Shown one piece after another: positions 61,357 to 64,000 of a DNA stretch of 64,000 nt. How positions within the stretch are numbered: the first letter of the stretch is position 1; each line of letters begins with the position of its first letter. Where the stretch lies: contig CAZKDY010000023.1 in NCBI GenBank assembly GCA_964551615.1, positions 20,294 through 84,293 of the forward strand, read 5' to 3'. Both the position numbers and the translations under genes were made by a program. The DNA is from an uncultured Polyangiaceae bacterium. Its GTDB lineage: Bacteria > Myxococcota_A > Polyangia > Polyangiales > Polyangiaceae. The notes under the pieces are model-generated. The model was not told where the DNA came from and ran no database searches. It worked only from the letters and a program-made list of their open reading frames with translations.

Positions 61357-61881
61357 ATGGCTACGCCTGATCGCTTGCGCGCAGCGCCGCTCCCCGCTCC
61401 CTTTCACGTGGTGCTGGTCGAGCCCGAAATCCCGCCGAATACGGGCAATATTGCCCGGCTGTGCGCGGCCACCGGCGCGCCACTCCACCTGGTGGGTCAG
61501 CTCGGCTTCAGCATCGGCGCCAAGGCCGTGCGTCGAGCGGGCCTCGACTACTGGCATTTGGTGGAGGTCCACACCCACAGCGATTTGGCCGCGGCTGAGG
61601 CGGCGATCCACGCGGCGTACCCAGACCGCGCCGCCAAGACCTGGCTGTTCAGTGGTCGCGCGCGGCGCAGCTACGCGGACGTGCGGCTCGCCCTGGGGGA
61701 CATCTTGGTGTTCGGCAAAGAGAGCGCTGGCCTGCCAGCCGAGCTGCTGGAGGCGCGGCAGGATGAGCTGGTCGGCATCCCGACCCTCGGCGAGGTGCGC
61801 TCGCTCAACCTGGCCAACTCAGTGTCCATCGCGCTGTTCGAGGGCTTGCGCCAGAACGGCGCGCTGGCTGTGGTTGAGTAG
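61357..61881 (+). CDS. trmL: tRNA (cytidine/uridine-2'-O-)-methyltransferase TrmL (SpoU/TrmH family)
   Basis: I chose ATG 61357. 'HVVLVEPEIPPNTGNIARLCAATGAPLHLV', 'LVFGKESAGLP', 'IPTLGEVRSLNLANSVSIALFE'. Confidence 0.85.
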   Translation: MATPDRLRAAPLPAPFHVVLVEPEIPPNTGNIARLCAATGAPLHLVGQLGFSIGAKAVRRAGLDYWHLVEVHTHSDLAAAEAAIHAAYPDRAAKTWLFSGRARRSYADVRLALGDILVFGKESAGLPAELLEARQDELVGIPTLGEVRSLNLANSVSIALFEGLRQNGALAVVE

Positions 61882-61918
61882 CCCGGCGTCACCCGGAGGC
61901 GCGCGCCCTGCGTAGCCT

Positions 61919-63793
61919 CTAGCGCTGAATCACGCGCGGGGTGACGGCGGTGAAGTCAGCATGTAGCGTGCGTGATTGACCCGCCAGCAAGCGGATCTGC
62001 GCCGGCACGCTCTCGCCCAACGTAGGATTGGTGAACACCACCGCGTAAGAGCCAGGCGCCAAGCGCAACCCCATCAGCGGTGTGGTGCCGCGCGGTCGCC
62101 CGCCAAGTGTCACCCGGGACGGCGGGATTGATGTCAGGCTGAGGGTCGCGCTCTCAGCGGCCGCGCTGGCGCTGGGAGCAGCGCTGCTCCCGCCGCTAGC
62201 GCCGGACGGCGACGCCGCGCTGGCTGGCGTACCGACCACTGGCCGGGCTGGCGCCTGCGTTGAGCCGTTGGGCGCCGAGCGCAACCCGGCTGCGTGGGCT
62301 TGCACCGCCAAGGCTGGAGAGCCAGCCGACGCTGCGGCGCCCGCGCCGTCAGCCGCTGCGCGCTGCGTTGGCTGAGGCAAAGCCCCAGAGGATGAGCTGC
62401 GAGCTTGCGAAGCGAGCGCGCTAGGGTGCATGCCGGGGCCGCCGCTCACCGCGGGCTCAGCGTCCATGCCACGCCGCACCACCAGCACCGCCAGCACCCC
62501 GAGGGCGAGGGCAGCGAACCACAGCGCTGTTTTTTTCCCTGTGGATTCTTCTGCGCTTGGCCGCTCAGGCGCCGGCTTATCGGTAGCTAGCGGCCGCTCA
62601 GCGTCGCGATACTCCGCCGCAGCGTCGGGTGGCGGCGCTGGCTCCGGCAGCTCGATGCGTCGCGTCTTGGGCCCAGTAGCCGCCATCGGCGGGGTGCGGT
62701 CAGGATCGACGAGCGCCGGGGCCTTGGGTGTCAGCTTCTCCTGACCTAGCAGCTGGTCAACGTCTTGGTCCACTCCAGCCACGCCCTCGACGCGTCGGGT
62801 CCAGAGCTCGATCTCTTGATGCGCCGCGAAGGTCTGCGTGCTTCCGTCGGGCAGCGTGTAAACCTGCCCGCTGCCCTGCGAGCGCCCAAGATCGGGGATC
62901 GACGCGACGGAGCCGGCCGCGCTGCGCCGCGCCTCGCGCACCCGCGCCCCTAGGCGCCGCTCGACATCCCGGCGGTCAAAGCTACGCAAAAAGTCCCGCA
63001 GCGGGCGCCCAAGCTGCTCGGCGTCTTGAGGCCGCTTGGCCTGGTCCGGATCCACCGCGCTGGCGATCAGCACGTCCAGCTCGCTCAGGCTCGGGTGCGC
63101 GCTCGAAGCGGCGGCCGGCGGCTCATTTAAGACCGCGGCGTGAGAAGCCTTGCCTGTCGCGCGCCGAAAGGGCGCGACGCCGCTCCAGGCTTCGAGCAGC
63201 AGCGCCGCAGCAGCGAACACGTCGGTAGCCGGCGTCACGCCGCCACGCAGCTGCTCTGGCGGCATGTGTCCTGGCGACCCAAAGGCTTCAATCGCCTCGC
63301 CGTCGCTGCGCACCGGCGCTGCGATGCCGAAGTCGATGAGCCGCACCGCGCCTTCTTCGTCGATCAGCACGTTGCGCGGCGTGACGTCGCGATGCACCAC
63401 CTGAGCGCGCCGATGGGCGTAGTCGAGGGCGCGACAGATCTCGACGCCCAGGTACGCGCCCTCATCCGGCGCCAGTGGTCCCGTCGCGCTGAGCAGATCG
63501 CCCAGGGTGATGCCCTCGCAAAACTCGAGCGCGATGTAGTACACGCCCTGCTCAACGCCGAGCTCATACACCGGCACGATGTTGGGGTGGTTGAGCTCAA
63601 CGGTGGTCTTGGCTTCTTCAACGAAGCGCTCAACGAACGCGGGATCTGACGCCAGCTCAGGCCGGATTTGCTTGACCACCAGGCGCTTCTGAAACCCCAC
63701 GGCGCCGCGCAACATCGCCAGGTAGACGTGCGCCATGCCGCCAGACGCGATCTCTCGCTCCAGCACGTATTTCCCAAAGATCTGGGGGAACAT
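61919..63793 (-). CDS. Ser/Thr protein kinase, single-pass, with C-terminal PEGA-like domain
   Basis: 'HRDVTPRNVLI', 'DFGIAAP', 'GSPGHMPPEQ'. TM helix 'LWFAALALGVLAVLVV'. C-terminus 'LSLTSIPPSRVTLGGRPRGTTPLMGLRLAPGSYAVVF'. Confidence 0.85.
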   Translation of the reverse strand: MFPQIFGKYVLEREIASGGMAHVYLAMLRGAVGFQKRLVVKQIRPELASDPAFVERFVEEAKTTVELNHPNIVPVYELGVEQGVYYIALEFCEGITLGDLLSATGPLAPDEGAYLGVEICRALDYAHRRAQVVHRDVTPRNVLIDEEGAVRLIDFGIAAPVRSDGEAIEAFGSPGHMPPEQLRGGVTPATDVFAAAALLLEAWSGVAPFRRATGKASHAAVLNEPPAAASSAHPSLSELDVLIASAVDPDQAKRPQDAEQLGRPLRDFLRSFDRRDVERRLGARVREARRSAAGSVASIPDLGRSQGSGQVYTLPDGSTQTFAAHQEIELWTRRVEGVAGVDQDVDQLLGQEKLTPKAPALVDPDRTPPMAATGPKTRRIELPEPAPPPDAAAEYRDAERPLATDKPAPERPSAEESTGKKTALWFAALALGVLAVLVVRRGMDAEPAVSGGPGMHPSALASQARSSSSGALPQPTQRAAADGAGAAASAGSPALAVQAHAAGLRSAPNGSTQAPARPVVGTPASAASPSGASGGSSAAPSASAAAESATLSLTSIPPSRVTLGGRPRGTTPLMGLRLAPGSYAVVFTNPTLGESVPAQIRLLAGQSRTLHADFTAVTPRVIQR

Positions 63794-64000
63794 CTCGTTC
63801 GACTCCAGCGTCGCGGTCTCGGTCAGAGCTCAAGCCAGTGGCCTCCACTCGCCGCCAACCCAGCGCGATGCTTGGCCCTCACTCCAAGTTGAGACACTAG
63901 TATCCCTGAGGGACAAGGCCAAAGCTTGCGCCGAAGCCGGCCCTGACGCCTGCCCATCACCCGCCATCTACGATGCTCTCCCCGGCTCTTCTGCCCCAAT

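Overview
This is a high-GC (roughly 68-70%) chromosomal segment, densely coding on both strands. The gene content looks like Myxococcota: two eukaryotic-like Ser/Thr kinases, two proteins with MYXO-CTERM-like tails, a CarD/CdnL regulator, an AgmX/PglI-C-type lipoprotein, a Lys/Ala-rich histone-H1-like protein, and many lipoproteins and HEAT/vWA/FG-GAP proteins. I support about 50 CDS. Housekeeping genes recognised by motif are purC, coaD, rnc, trpS, trmL, cdnL, thiolase, chorismate mutase and Ppx/GppA.

I found no rRNA, tRNA, tmRNA, RNase P RNA, CRISPR array, IS element or integrase.

The observations most worth follow-up are:
- (1) One ORF fuses acetate kinase to a PduL-type phosphotransacylase.
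- (2) A four-gene translationally coupled cassette (MBL hydrolase, 74-aa protein, FliH/SctL-like protein, site-2 protease) has no ATPase or secretion partner nearby.
- (3) An M15 cell-wall peptidase carries a triple Cys-containing 'W(S/D)DNYLC' repeat and a MYXO-CTERM-like tail. A GH15/GH13 pair has one MYXO-CTERM-like member and one lipoprotein member.
- (4) A HEAT-tailed Ser/Thr kinase is stop/start-coupled to a degenerate HD-GYP-like protein.
- (5) Several ORF-poor intervals of 0.7-1 kb lie around the histone-like gene, cdnL and an HNH gene. They contain promoter-like elements, stable hairpins and a shared 18-19 nt motif, so they may hold ncRNAs or long leaders.

All domain calls are by-eye motif recognition; no search was run. 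Start codons are often uncertain because high GC inflates ORFs.
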